64,000 nucleotides of DNA. It comes from Chrysomallon squamiferum (Eukaryota > Animalia > Mollusca). This document shows positions 52,548 to 64,000 of this stretch, piece after piece. The position numbers and the translations under genes are program-made. Under the pieces are notes generated by a model. That model saw nothing but the letters and a program-made list of their open reading frames with translations. It searched no databases and had not been told where the DNA came from. The stretch is taken from assembly GCA_012295275.1 (NCBI GenBank), contig CM022670.1, positions 8,742,001 through 8,806,000 of the forward strand, in the 5' to 3' direction. The stretch's first letter is position 1, and each line of letters opens with the position of its first letter.

Positions 52548-54607
52548 TAATAATGATAATAAAAACATAAAATACATGAATTTCTTAAACTGACTACATC
52601 TTTAATTTAGATAAAAACTAATATGTGGAATTTATTACACATTCAGATAAAAAAAAAATATATATTTTATAGACTTTCTGAATTCAATAAAAATGACTGT
52701 TATATTTAATATGATGTTACCTAAATATTTGTACTTTGATTATTACTACTGTTACATGAAATAGCTCGAGAAACAGTTTTAATTATTGTCAATATCGTTT
52801 GAGATTTTTGATAATGAGAAGGAAACTGATACAAATCCACAGATGGTCTGATGGTAATCCTGTTTCACTGGTACACTGGAGCAGGGGGGAACCCAATGAT
52901 TATGGTGGGGAAGAAGCATGTGCTGACATGTTAGTTTTTAATGGTAAAGTTTATAATGTGGTCACCACTTACACATTTATGATAGTGGTAAAATCAGAAT
53001 TTCGTTAAAAAATAGAGAGACAGTGTCATTGTAGTTGATATAGTTGTCAAAAATAAAATAAAATAAAATAAAATAAAAAAAAATAAATAAATAAATAAAT
53101 AAATAAATAAAAAAATTTAAAAAGCAGAAATTTAAAATTTTGGTAAACCAACTAGATTTGAAGTCAGTGTGAAATGATTCAGAACTTTTTTTTATATATG
53201 TTAATCAAATTTTTCTATATATAGAAATTTTGTGTTTATAAAAGTAAGATATGAAAAAAAAAAAAATGAGAAATGTCAGACAGATACAGAAAGAAAGTGA
53301 TGGTGAAGATTTAGTACAAAATACTGATTATGTTGCTTTTGTATTAGGTAAATGGAATGATGAACACTGCAGTGTCAAACAAGGATTTGTCTGTAAAAGG
53401 TACAATGGTCCCATAACCACACCTAAACCCACCCCTGCAATTCTTCCTGGTTACTGCCCTGCAGGATTTAATCAGTTTGGAAACAAATGTTACAGAGTGT
53501 TCGGAGTGCTACCAAGTCAGAGGGTTGATTTTAAAACAGCAAGGTCAAAGTGCAGGTCATTAGGTCGAGGCTATGACCTTGCCAGTATAACTAACTTCAG
53601 AGAACAAGGTGACCAATAATTTTGGTAATTTATTTTGAAAAAAAAAGAATAATATAATAAATAAAATGCACCATATTCTGAAATTTGTAGATATAAATTA
53701 TTGATGTTTAAGTATACATGATTTCATTTGATCTGAATTAGTTATAAGGTTTAAACATAATGTCTATGAGGAAAACAAGGGGGGAAAAATACACATTTTA
53801 AATTGGAAAGAAATGAAGAACAAGAAATACAATAAGTTAAAAATATTTAACAAAATATCCAACATATGACTTCAAAATTTTATGTTTATATTAAATAATT
53901 TTACCAAACTAAAATAGCCAGTAGCCTCGATTCATGCTTAAGGTTATAGAATTTCACATAATATGCTACAAATCATCCACATTGCAAACAATCAATGCTT
54001 CTCATAAATTGGTCTTTAATGGCCTTTACAATATAAAAAAATACAATGGTAAAATTAATATAACAGTATTTTCAAAAAGAAAATTTCAAATAAAGATAAT
54101 TCAACTCTTGAACAGTTATAAGCTATCAGAAATAATATTTTGTTTGTAATAAATTTATGGTTATTATTATTATTATTTTTTTATGCTATAATGTTTTGGC
54201 TTGTTGGTTTTTGTTCTGTAGCCTACGTAACAACACTTTTGAGTGAAATATCATTCAGTGTGTGGATTGGACTGGTCAAGGTTCAGAGAGGTAATGGGCT
54301 TGTACTGCAGTGGATTGACAATGAAGATCTGACATTCACTAACTGGGACATAGGGGAACCTAATGGAAGAGGAAGAGTAAGTGTTTACTGTCTTATATTT
54401 TGATATCTTTTTACTTTTTGTTATTGCTGTTGTTTTTATTTTTGTTTCTTGTTGTTATTGTTATTGTTGTTGTTGTTAGTGTTAATGTTTTTGTTTCTTG
54501 TTGATATTGTTAATGTTTTTGTTTCTTGTTATTGTTAATATTTTTTGTTTCTGTTTATTGTTTTGGTTGTTTTGTTATTATTGTTGGTATTAATGCTTTG
54601 TTGTTAT

Positions 54608-54649
<42 letters not shown>

Positions 54650-54983
54650 TTTGTTGTGGTTGCTTTTTCTGTTGTCATAGGGGAACCTAATGGAAGAGGA
54701 AGAGTAAGTGTTTACTGTCTTATATTTTGATATCTTTTTACTTTTTGTTATTTCTGTTGTTTTTATTTTTGTTTCTTGTTGTTATTGTTATTGTTGTTGT
54801 TGTTAGTGTTAATGTTTTTGTTTCTTGTTGATATTGTTAATGTTTTTGTTTCTTGTTAGTGTTAATGTTTTTGTTTCTTGTTGATATTGTTAATGTTTTT
54901 GTTTCTTGTTATTGTTAATATTTTTTGTTTCTGTTTATTGTTTTGGTTGTTTTGTTATTATTGTTGTTATGCTTTGTTGTTAT

Positions 54984-55046
<63 letters not shown>

Positions 55047-55510
55047 TTTGTTGTGGTTGCTTTTTCTGTTGTCATTGTTATTATTGCAAAACCACTAACC
55101 AGATTAGAAGTCTAAATTAAGTTAGCCATATTAAACAAATCTAATGACAAAACAGTTGTACTGTATAGTTAGTTATAATAACTTGGTTTATCAACATACT
55201 GCTTGTTTGTAAAAGGTTATGGTATGAACTGTCCTGTTTATGAGAAGTGTTTATAAAATAGCTCATTCTGCTACTCACTGACACAGAGTGGTTGGTTTCA
55301 TCTGTCATATTATCTTATGACATGAAATGTATGAGTGAAGAAAATAAATCTTTTTAAATAATTGTTTATTTTGTAACTGTTAATTTTGCAATGGCAGGAG
55401 AAGTGTGTGGAGATGTACAGTGTCACTGAACAGGCTGGGGAGTGGAATGATGCACCGTGCACAGTGAAGATAGGATATGTGTGTCAGACCAGGAAAAGTA
55501 ACAAAGCTAA

Positions 55511-55550
<40 letters not shown>

Positions 55551-55624
55551 CTCTCTGTCTCTGTCTCTGTCTTTCTCTCTCTCTGTATGTTTGTACATAC
55601 ATACATAAATACACACACATATCT

Positions 55625-55661
<37 letters not shown>

Positions 55662-57322
55662 CTTTACGTATGTATATATATACACATACACAAACGCAAG
55701 TGTACAAACTAAAATAAAAAAAATAAAAAATTCCCAGATACACAAAGTTCCAAGTATGCAATCACATGCACATGCACACAGCCATGACTACAAACAAAAA
55801 CCACTAAAAGAAACACATACAGAGACAATTACATACAAATATAGCTATAAATACATCTACCTACCTTTAGCTACAAAACCATAATATTATATTACTTATA
55901 TACATTACTTATATGCACAAATAAATTCAAACAGCCAAAACATGAAAATATGTGTTGAGTCTTTTAGACTGTTTCATTGTTACAAAATTACCCTACCTTC
56001 GTCATTTAATTAATTTAAACTATTATAAAACTGTATTATCTCTTATCTTATATTTCATTCTAGAACCATACATCACAACACCAGAACCAGTGCCCAACCC
56101 ATGTGATGGCAACCCAGGCTTCAAGGCTCTGGGAGAAGACTGTTTCCGAGTGGCTAATACAACAATGACATGGTCAGATGCCAGCAGCTTCTGTTCCAGT
56201 CTGGGAGCATATCTACCAAGTATTAACAACCCTTTTGAAAATGCATACATGACTCTCCTGGTCACTGATAACAGAAAGACTAATGCTTTTTGGATTGGCC
56301 TCAGTGACTTGAAGGTAAAATGAAATAGGTAGACATTTTGTTATTTGTCTGGTTCTTTTGGGGTTTTTTTTTGTACTCGTTTTTCTTGTTGTTCTTTTAT
56401 TTTTATTTATTAAAATTAGAGTAGTCTTATTTATTTATTTATTTTTGATTTTAATTTTTTTTTTTTTTTTTTTTTTTTTTTTGAGCGAAAATTGCTAAGG
56501 CTTTAAATATTAACCTCAGTTACTGGTACTAGGTTTTTCAATTTTTAAAACATATACAATAGTTATGGGATTCATCTAATTTAAAATTAGGTATTAAAAA
56601 TTAATGGAATAGAATATCATTGTTAAAAACCATTTAAAAATAAAATGGAAAGTCTCAAAAATATATATATATAAATAATCCAAAAAAATATAAACAAATA
56701 AAAATTAAAAATTAGAATATAATTATATTCAGCATATATAAAAACAAAAACACTGATTTTTTTTAATTATGATTTTAATTTTTTTTACTAAAAGTTTATA
56801 TTAATCAAAGATTAACATCAAATTAATTTCAACAATTTGTTTTTAGCGAAATGGAACTTACGAGTGGGTAGATAAATGGCCTGTTGTCTATACAAAGTGG
56901 AACAAGATGGAGCCAGCCAAGGGTCCAGGAGAAGGGTGTGTCTCTATGGACAGTAGTGGACAGTGGACAGATGATGACTGTAGTAAAAAACTACAATTTG
57001 CCTGCAAGATTCCATCAGGTAGGGAATCAACTGCAGTTCAGTACTGCTGTGTCTTGTTATTCCCTATGTTGGGTGAAATGAGTAGTAGCCAGATTAGTCC
57101 ACTAAGAAGATTTGATCCCATGGCCTTTTGTGCCTCAGACCACTAATCTTTTTGGGCTGCTCTAATTTTAAACTGAGAACAACATTTTCATTTGTCTAAT
57201 TGTGAATATAAATAATCCAGATAAACTTTACTAATTTTTGTAGCATTAATTATTTTCAGCAGCAATTATAATATATATATATATATATTTGGATGTATGT
57301 GTGCATGTACACACACACACAC

Positions 57323-57361
<39 letters not shown>

Positions 57362-59796
57362 AGGGGGGGGAGAGGGAGAGGGGGAGAGAGAGAGAAGAAC
57401 ATTCCATATATCTGTAAAATATTTTTCTAATTTTTCAGGACAGCCACCGTTTACTGTTCCACCACTGAATGGACTGTGTGTTCATCCCTGGGTTCCGTTT
57501 GGCAGTGACTGCTACTTGTTCCATGCCCAGGACAGAGTCAGGTACGAAGAAGCCTTGTTCCAGTGTCTCCAGCACGATGCTGACCTCGTGTCCATCCACA
57601 GCAACATCACCAACAGCTTTCTTTTGAGTCAGATCAAGAAAATCTCCTCACACAGTGTGTGGATTGGTCTCTACAGATCAGAGTCTGGTGAGGACTGAAC
57701 TGAAGATGAAATATTTTATTTATGCAATGTTGTGTTGTTGTAATAGAATAAATAACTATGGAAGGTAATAAGTAAGTTATAAAACATTTGGTCAGTTCAT
57801 TCTAATTTTCAAGTGAATTTATCCTGATTATAAACATCATAAAGAATTATTTGTTTTATCCATATTCTGTTTTTTCTCTGATACTGTCACTGTCTTTTTC
57901 TTTTCTTCTCTTTCTTTGAGTGTGTGTATATGTCTCTCTCTGTCTCTCTCACTTTTTCATTTTATGTTTCTCTGTCTGACTCATCTATCTCTCTCTTCAG
58001 ACACATAATAGCTAATTTATTTTTGTGTTGAAGCATGAATAAACATTAGTAATTCTTTCTAACTTATCCTTCCCTTCTTTCTTCATAACAAATGCACATA
58101 AACAACTTTAAAATTAAAAAATTTAAGATTTACAGAAAATTACAGTACATTTTTTATTTTTTTTTATTTTTTGTAATTTTCTTCTTATATATATAAGTAA
58201 GTTTTAAAAATCTAGAATATTTTTATATATATGTGTGTGCACATATATATATATACATACACACATATACATAAACATAGACACATACATAAACATACAC
58301 ACACGCACACACACAGATATGTGGTACATATCCTATTTACTGCTTCAGGTGGTTTCTCCTGGCATGATAACAGTCCTCTTCAGTACACAAACTGGTCACC
58401 AGGGGAACCAACGAGAGTGAACAAGCGCCACGTTGAAGAGCACTGTGGAGAGATGTTTTTGAGTGGAGCTTGGAATGATGTGGACTGTAACTCAGAAAGA
58501 GGATATATTTGTCAGAGAGCTAAAGGTGGGCTTAATTTTCTGAAAGGAATGAATAAAATACAGGATAGAAAAGCTAGGGGTATGAGGGAAAAATTAGTTT
58601 TATAAAAATGAAAAAAATATTTATAAAATACTAAATGTTTTTCCTGAATTAATGAAAAAATGTTTAAAAAAATAAATTACAAAATTTAACAAACCTAATA
58701 ATTTTAATGTTCTTTTTGAAAATATTTATAAACTATTGTTGCAGCTGTTTGTGAAATAAATGAAATGGGGTTTGGTTTTGGGACTGGGTTAATTTTTGAA
58801 AAACTAAATTATAAATGAATGAAATAAATATTTATACATAAAATTTTTTAAACTATTTACACAGCTATGAATTAGAAAAATGTTGAAACAAATGGGGACA
58901 GAACTACAGAGGAAACAGCATCATATAAATTCTATAGATAAAAACTGTTTTACAAACAAATAAAATTTAGTGTAATGGAGGTGAGAGGGTTTCCTTAGCG
59001 ACAACTATCACAGGAATGATAAAGATGGGATATGGTAAATGCAATTAATTTTGTTAATTTTATCTTTTTTCAGATACTGTCAAAGGCCAGACATTTCCAA
59101 ACAATCCTGAGCAACAGAAAACTGGACTAACTTGGCCTAACATCCTCACCAACCAGGAAACTCCACCACTGTTGAAACCAACTACAACACACAGGCCTGC
59201 ATCTCACAGTGTTAGCACACACACAGGACATCCTCTACAGAGTGCATCAACAGCTTCACAGAGACAGAACTTTCAGGCTTCACCAACTTCTGCACAATCA
59301 GGTCTGTTAATTCACGATTTCACTTCAGTCTGTCTTAAACTTATCCAGTTAGAAGGTGCCAGTAGCTCCAGTTGTAACAGTTACATCACAGAAAACAAAA
59401 CTGTGAATCCAAACTGTCATTCTAATTATCTAGTCAATAGCTCCACAGTAACATTCACACAAAGAACATCATTTCAACACTGACATCACATTATGAATGC
59501 AGGCTGTCACACCTACCTGTACCAGGTAATATGTAAATATTAATTAATGTGTAACTCTTTTTTTTTTTTTTTTTTTTTTTTTTACAGCATCAGCTTCAGC
59601 ATCAGCATCACTTGGAAAAGGTGGTGTGGCTGCTGTTGTTATTGGATGTATGTTACTGTTGATCATTGTAGCTGCTGTTGTGTATTTTTGGAGACAAAGA
59701 CACAGATCATATCTTAGCTTTAGTTTGAAAAACAACATTGGATTTGAAAACCAGATGTATAACAACCCTGTAGAGTCAACAGAAACTGAAACTTGA
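27254..59796 (+). CDS. Giant multi-domain C-type lectin receptor (macrophage mannose receptor-like): SP, CTLD x5, FA58C x3, WSC, CTLD x7, S/T stalk, TM, FENxxY tail; ~2,490 aa
   Basis: 51 GT-AG exons: 27254-27293, 27695-27850, 28440-28564, 28945-29098, 29625-29848, 30533-30612, 31177-31280, 31599-31734, 32305-32378, 32722-32847, 33315-33419, 33646-33804, 34185-34279, 34923-35076, 35793-35828, 36164-36337, 36716-36844, 37322-37438, 37826-37879, 38397-38528, 38961-39157, 39515-39656, 39962-40327, 41006-41147, 42376-42554, 43096-43239, 43600-43738, 43974-44107, 44551-44713, 45279-45455, 45833-45987, 46408-46524, 46959-47074, 47483-47631, 48520-48722, 49110-49240, 49658-49725, 50305-50472, 51092-51142, 51891-52072, 52421-52488, 52843-52943, 53348-53608, 54222-54376, 55398-55497, 56064-56314, 56847-57018, 57439-57687, 58349-58525, 59074-59301, 59588-59796 (TGA). 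Repeated CPxGW..CY..W.DAR..C..WIGL..WND..C CTLD signatures. TM GVAAVVIGCMLLLIIVAAVVYFW; tail FENQMY. Three 1-nt frameshifts at ~27803, ~28966-29004 and ~40222-40227. Confidence 0.9.
27915..27985 (+). repeat. Intronic ~94% identical copy of the first 71 nt of lectin exon 34185-34279
   Basis: 27915-27985 aligns to 34185-34255 with 4 mismatches in 71 nt. Confidence 0.95.
29380..29590 (-). mobile_element. Degraded SINE-like interspersed repeat copy (same family)
   Basis: The minus strand reads ggttactcttattgattgatagcaaaggatttgtttatatgcaccttcccagaaacatgat...ggccttcgat, colinear with the other copies. Confidence 0.5.
35970..36128 (+). repeat. Intronic minisatellite (~48-bp unit, 3-4 copies)
   Basis: attcagattcatcattaattcatcaaata(t/c)aaaaataa... 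is repeated just upstream of exon 36164. Confidence 0.85.
36375..36590 (+). mobile_element. Degraded SINE-like interspersed repeat copy (same family)
   Basis: tttaacacatttattt...ggttaggggccatacaga...cattaggagctagggatcttttaaatatattttctcataga...agcactg. Confidence 0.45.
37088..37203 (+). repeat. Compound (TTG)n(TTC)n microsatellite
   Basis: Perfect ttg run followed by a ttc run; gives a spurious poly-L/poly-F ORF. Confidence 0.97.
38397..43738 (+). other. Three coagulation factor 5/8 C-terminal (FA58C/discoidin) domains
   Basis: Domain 1: SRL..GAWSA..EWI, EWVSAFKLQY, VFQGNSD, LRWEILGC. Domain 2: SCWKP..PWIQVNLG..RGITTRG, IFSGNSD..LRFDLLVC. Domain 3: GAWEA..YIQADLG..AVSTQGR..QWVTSYKISYS, IFSGNWD..ARYVRL..LRWELYGC. 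Confidence 0.92.
41800..42400 (+). repeat. Degenerate ~125-145-bp tandem repeat (5 units), each containing a 3' splice site and the first codons of exon 42376
   Basis: Units read aacaataact..pyrimidine tract..cag + (a/c/t)atgt, mostly followed by tccattttg(a/c)tttatt. The AGs end at 41836, 41971, 42117, 42251 and 42375 (the functional one). Confidence 0.85.
43974..44713 (+). other. WSC carbohydrate-binding domain
   Basis: Two exons give GCYAD..RDLP..M...CIHHC..KGYFYAGLQAGYKCFCGNSYGKYG...NCSMPC....KCGG...IIYST, the classical WSC cysteine pattern. Confidence 0.9.
44230..44460 (+). mobile_element. SINE-like fragments with an internal direct duplication
   Basis: gaaaccatatatcat(t/g)gt..atatatggagcactgg(g/t)tggaatag occurs twice, at ~44231 and ~44395. 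Confidence 0.5.
45279..58525 (+). other. Membrane-proximal block of seven CTLDs (CTLD6-12)
   Basis: Domain starts CQQGW, CEFGW, CAPNW, CGTGWDKW, CPAGF, CDGNPGF, CVHPW. Sugar-site motifs in order: QPD, RPD, EPS/YND, EPN/WND, EPN/WND, EPA/WTD, EPT/WND. Confidence 0.88.
54349..55075 (+). repeat. Recent tandem duplication (~327-bp unit) covering the 3' end and donor site of lectin exon 54222-54376
   Basis: cataggggaacctaatggaagaggaagagtaagtgtttactgtc... occurs at 54349 and again at 54676, with near-identical downstream intron sequence. Confidence 0.95.
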
Positions 59797-61341
59797 AACA
59801 AAAATCTCCATATTTTGTAGATATTAAATATCATTATTATTACTATTTATTATTATTATTATTATCATCATTATTTTTATTATTATTATTATTTATTATT
59901 ATTATTATTATTTATTATTATTATTATTATTATTTATTATTATTATTATTATTTATTAGAATTACTATTATTTATTATTATTATTATTATTACATTCATT
60001 ACTATCAATGTAATTGTTATTGCTTTATTATTATAAATATATTATTACTATTAATATTTTAATTTTTATTTACTTATTAGTACTGTTGTGTAAACATTTA
60101 GTCATGCTGATCAGAGCTAAATATTTATTCAGGATTGTTTATTTTCATATTTACTGGCAGGCAAATCAAGCATTTTGCTAATAAAGATGTAACCTGTGAA
60201 GAAAAAACACATATATGCACACACACACAATATACACACATATACATATGCACATTCTATACATAAAGGCATATAATATGTGTGTATGTGTATTAAACAC
60301 AGAGATGTAAATAAAGGTCAACAAACTGTTAGCATTATAAAAGTTTTTATTCTATAAAAGTTGTTATCATGTAGTGTTTTCTATGGCATTGCATAATCAG
60401 GACAAATTCACTCATTAAAAATGAAATGTTGAAATGAAAGAAGCACCCCATCTTCATATCACACAATAAATACAGTCATCTTTTCACACCATTTTTACAT
60501 TCTGATTACTACTAAAACTACAGATCAATTTTTTTTTTTTTATTTGTATGTAACAGTGTTAAATGAACTGTCAACATGATATAATTATATACTGGTATTT
60601 TATTTTATATATTTGATAGATTTCTAATAAAAGAAAATATACTTCCATTTTATTTCTTTTTTGTTTTTTAATTGTATTTTCTTTTTTTTTCTTTTTTTCA
60701 ATATTATTTCTTCTTAATTTTAATTATCAAAAAAATGAATGAATATCTAATTATATTTTAAAAACTATATATACTGTTTTTTTATTTTATTATTATTTTT
60801 ATTATTATTTTTGTATGATATATATATAATATATACATGTAATATATATCACAAACTGGATTGGCTTTTCTTGCTGAAAACATTTATATAAAAAAAGTTT
60901 AATTAAAAAATATCAAGAAACTAATTCATTTAAAATATATTCAAAATATTTTCATGAACCTTCTAAAGTTCTCAAGAACAGTATTAATAAGAAGGAACTA
61001 TAATTACAATATTTATTATCACAATTTTAAAAATTATTTTTATATGATTGCATAAGTGGGATGTAACATTTCACAAAATCATAAAATGTTTTATGACAGA
61101 TACACAGTTGGTGATTTTCAGTTGTATCTGGCAAATTATTATCAAATTCATTTCATTTTACTGGATAGTAAATCTTTTAAGATATTTAAAGTTTACAACT
61201 ATTAATTGAAGTAAATGATTCCTTTAAACATGAAGATGTATATAGATATATAAAATAATAATAAAATAAATGAATAAAATATAAAAATATAATAAAAGCA
61301 GCATGGAATAACTAGGTGAAAATGTAAATAACTTTAATTTT

Positions 61342-61373
<32 letters not shown>

Positions 61374-63650
61374 CATATATTCCAAGTTATAATCAGCCAA
61401 TATATTTTTATTTAGCATATTTTAAAGTGAATTGTTACTTAATACTAGAAACTAGAGACACTGTATGGTGTATTGCAAGATGTGGTTAAATGAAAATTTT
61501 TGAACCAGCCAGGAGACATTGTGTGTCAGAGACAAGATGCCTGTACAATAATATCACAGCAAATTTGTTATCACCTTCTTGTATGACATGCATACAGTAC
61601 ATTAATAACATTTCTATCAAATAAAAATAAATCTGTGATGTATCAAAACATGAAATATAATGAAAGTTTGGTAGTCATACAGTTCTAACATTTACACACA
61701 CACGTATATATATAAATTTTTGTTTTTTCGATTGTGTTCATTAATTGATTAATACTGGTTAGTAATCAAATGGTTTTAATAATTTAATGTCTCATGAGAG
61801 CCAGAAGGTCATAAGGAGATAGGTAAAATGAATTTATTTGTTTCTTGTCATCTGCAGTGATAAAAATATGTTGTTAGTTTGATATTAGCAATATTGCCTA
61901 TATTGAAAGATTTTTATCGTTTAAGTGTTAATTTCTGATAATAATAATAACAATAATAATAATAATAATAATAAATAGTTTTCCTTCATTACCTCATCTT
62001 TTTTTTTTTTTCTGATTTTCTGATACACTTATGTTCTTTTGGCTTTCATGATATAAACAATACTGATAATGTAATATATGTTAATATGATTGACAAAACA
62101 ACTAACATTGTTCAGCAGTATGTAATAACATGTGTTTGTTTTAAAAATATCTTTTATTTTAAACATAAATTTGAAAGTTTTATTCACACAGAGATTAAGA
62201 AAGATCAACAATACATATAGTGTAGTGGTTAGCACAATCTGCAAATTTTTGTTTCCTGGATAAATAAAACATTTCAGAAATTTTGTTTCCTGGATAAATT
62301 TTAGGATCAAAATGGCTTTTAAAGCAAAACCAAAAATTAGGTTTGCAAACACTTGCTCTGCATATAAAGTATATGTGAACACAGACATAAAAATATTTTT
62401 TGAAAAGGTAAAAGAGTGAAACATCAAAACTATTTTTATAAGTTTGTATAAACATTTTATTAAAAATAGGTAAATTAATTCTGAAAATGTGAAAAATATC
62501 TGGGATACATATTTAAATTTTCAAGTTGTTAATTAGTTCTATTTTTTCAAACATTAGTCAGTAAATATTTTTTTTTTTTTTTAAATGATAAAATTTTAGC
62601 AAAATGAAAAAGATGAATACAAAACAATCTTGTAAGTATTTGCAAAACACTGTCAAACAATAAAATAACTAAGAGTGAAAGTTTTAAAAATGATAGTTTT
62701 CAAATTAAATAATATCTGTATAAATATTTTAATTTATGATTGCACTAAAACCAACTTCAAGAATGTTTTTTCATTAAAATATATCTAAAATATGTTAATA
62801 ATACACCCTGAAATGACAAGAAAAATATTAGATTAAAAAATCCATTCATTAGTTGAAACTAAAAAAAAAAAAAAAAAAAAACCTTTTCTTTATTTCAGTG
62901 TTAATATATTGATATTGTTTATGAATTGTCTGTGGTATTCATACTTGTTAAAAATAAAATAAAATGATTGAAAGTAACAGATAATATTTTTAAAAAATCC
63001 TACATTGTCCCACAATATATTAAATCAGAAAAAAACTATTTTATATAATATAATATAATATAAATAAATAAACAAATAATATAAAATAAATAAAAATACA
63101 AAACTATTTTATCACACAAAATGATCAGAAGAGTGTAAAAAGATTCAGTTTGCCAGTAAGTAGCCATGTTTTAGACTAATAGACTGGTAAACACTCAGAT
63201 GACATTTTCAGACAACAGAATGAGAAAACAGTCTGTGCGGGATCTTTCATTCAAGTGATTTCAGAAAATATTCTAAAACTTTCTTTCATTTTTTTTTTTT
63301 TTAACTTTATAAAATTTAAATGATGTGTTAATCTGATAAATACAATAAACCATACCACCACATTTTTAAAAAAAAAAAAAAATAAATAAATATACATATA
63401 GAGTAAAGTAAAAAAAATAAACAAAAATTAAAAACTGTAAAGAACAAAACTATCAGCCCATATATTTTTTTTCCTTTCAGTATTTTTATATTTAAAAAAA
63501 TGGCTGAAATATCTCATGTAAAAAAAAATAAAACCTTTTTTTTTTTTAAATTAATTTGAAAATTCAGTTTGTTGAAATATTACCCATAATGCAGTTTTTA
63601 CATTATCACAATTTGCTTATTTATTATTATTTTTTTTCTCCCCACACACA

Positions 63651-63807
63651 TTAGTCAATGTAGAAATCGAATGGGTCATTTTTGTTCACTTTAAAGTTAG
63701 GAGAACTGGGGAGGGGGGTGTCTGCCAGGTTGTACGTTCTCAACATCTGAAACTCACTGGGACCTCCTCGGTCTATTTTGATTGGCTTTAATTTTTCATG
63801 TCGTAAT
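63651..63807 (-). CDS. Terminal coding exon of an unidentified gene that extends beyond the window end
   Basis: Strong acceptor (T-rich tract + cttcag), GC-richer than its flanks, open frame LRHEKLKPIKIDRGGPSEFQMLRTYNLADTPLPSSPNFKVNKNDPFDFYID ending in TAA. Family not recognised. Confidence 0.7.
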
Positions 63808-64000
63808 CTGAAGAAAAAAAAATTAATAATAATAATAAATAAAGATAAAAATATAAAAATAAAATAAAATAAAATAAAATATAATAAAAAAAAAAATATA
63901 AAATAAAAAAAATAAAATAAATAAATATATTTAATCATTCAAAACTGTCGGAAAACTTTTTACATTTATTCATTATTGATCTAACTGACAAGTGAAATAA

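Noticed and set aside
27254-59796. Assigning the symbol MRC1 to the lectin, or PIDD1/ANK to the death-domain gene
   Set aside because: The architectures differ (no CysR/FNII; no LRRs; few ANK repeats), and orthology cannot be established without a phylogeny.
59800-63650. Search for genes or ncRNAs in the 3' intergenic region, including ORFs 62029-62427 and 62195-62455
   Set aside because: Low-complexity AT-rich sequence without splice-consistent coding signal; probably the 3'UTRs of the two convergent genes.

Overview
AT-rich, microsatellite-dense eukaryotic (animal) DNA, most likely molluscan/lophotrochozoan (inferred from gene content and degraded SINE-like repeats). There are no prokaryotic features. 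Hand-splicing of GT-AG exons gives five protein-coding loci. (1) The 3' part of an SRSF11/Srp54-like splicing factor (+, to 9195), containing an array of five frame-preserving micro-exons; three are paralogous and each carries an S-P-x-K motif. (2) A 6-exon tartrate-resistant/purple acid phosphatase ACP5 (-, 10714-14237). (3) A 15-exon, ~830-aa protein with ANK x4-5, ZU5-like, ZU5, UPA and two tandem death-domain-like modules, PIDD1/DTHD1/ankyrin-like (-, 15977-26303). (4) Head-to-head with it, a 51-exon, ~2,490-aa type I membrane lectin: 5 CTLD, 3 FA58C, WSC, 7 CTLD, stalk, TM, FENQMY (+, 27254-59796). (5) The last exon of an unidentified gene (-, 63651-63807). Five single-base frameshifts in otherwise intact exons are most likely assembly indels. 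The most interesting items are the divergent receptor/death-domain adaptor pair, the unusual architectures of both proteins, the SRSF11 micro-exon array, and three duplications of exon edges or splice sites inside the lectin gene. All domain calls come from motif recognition by eye; no database search was run.
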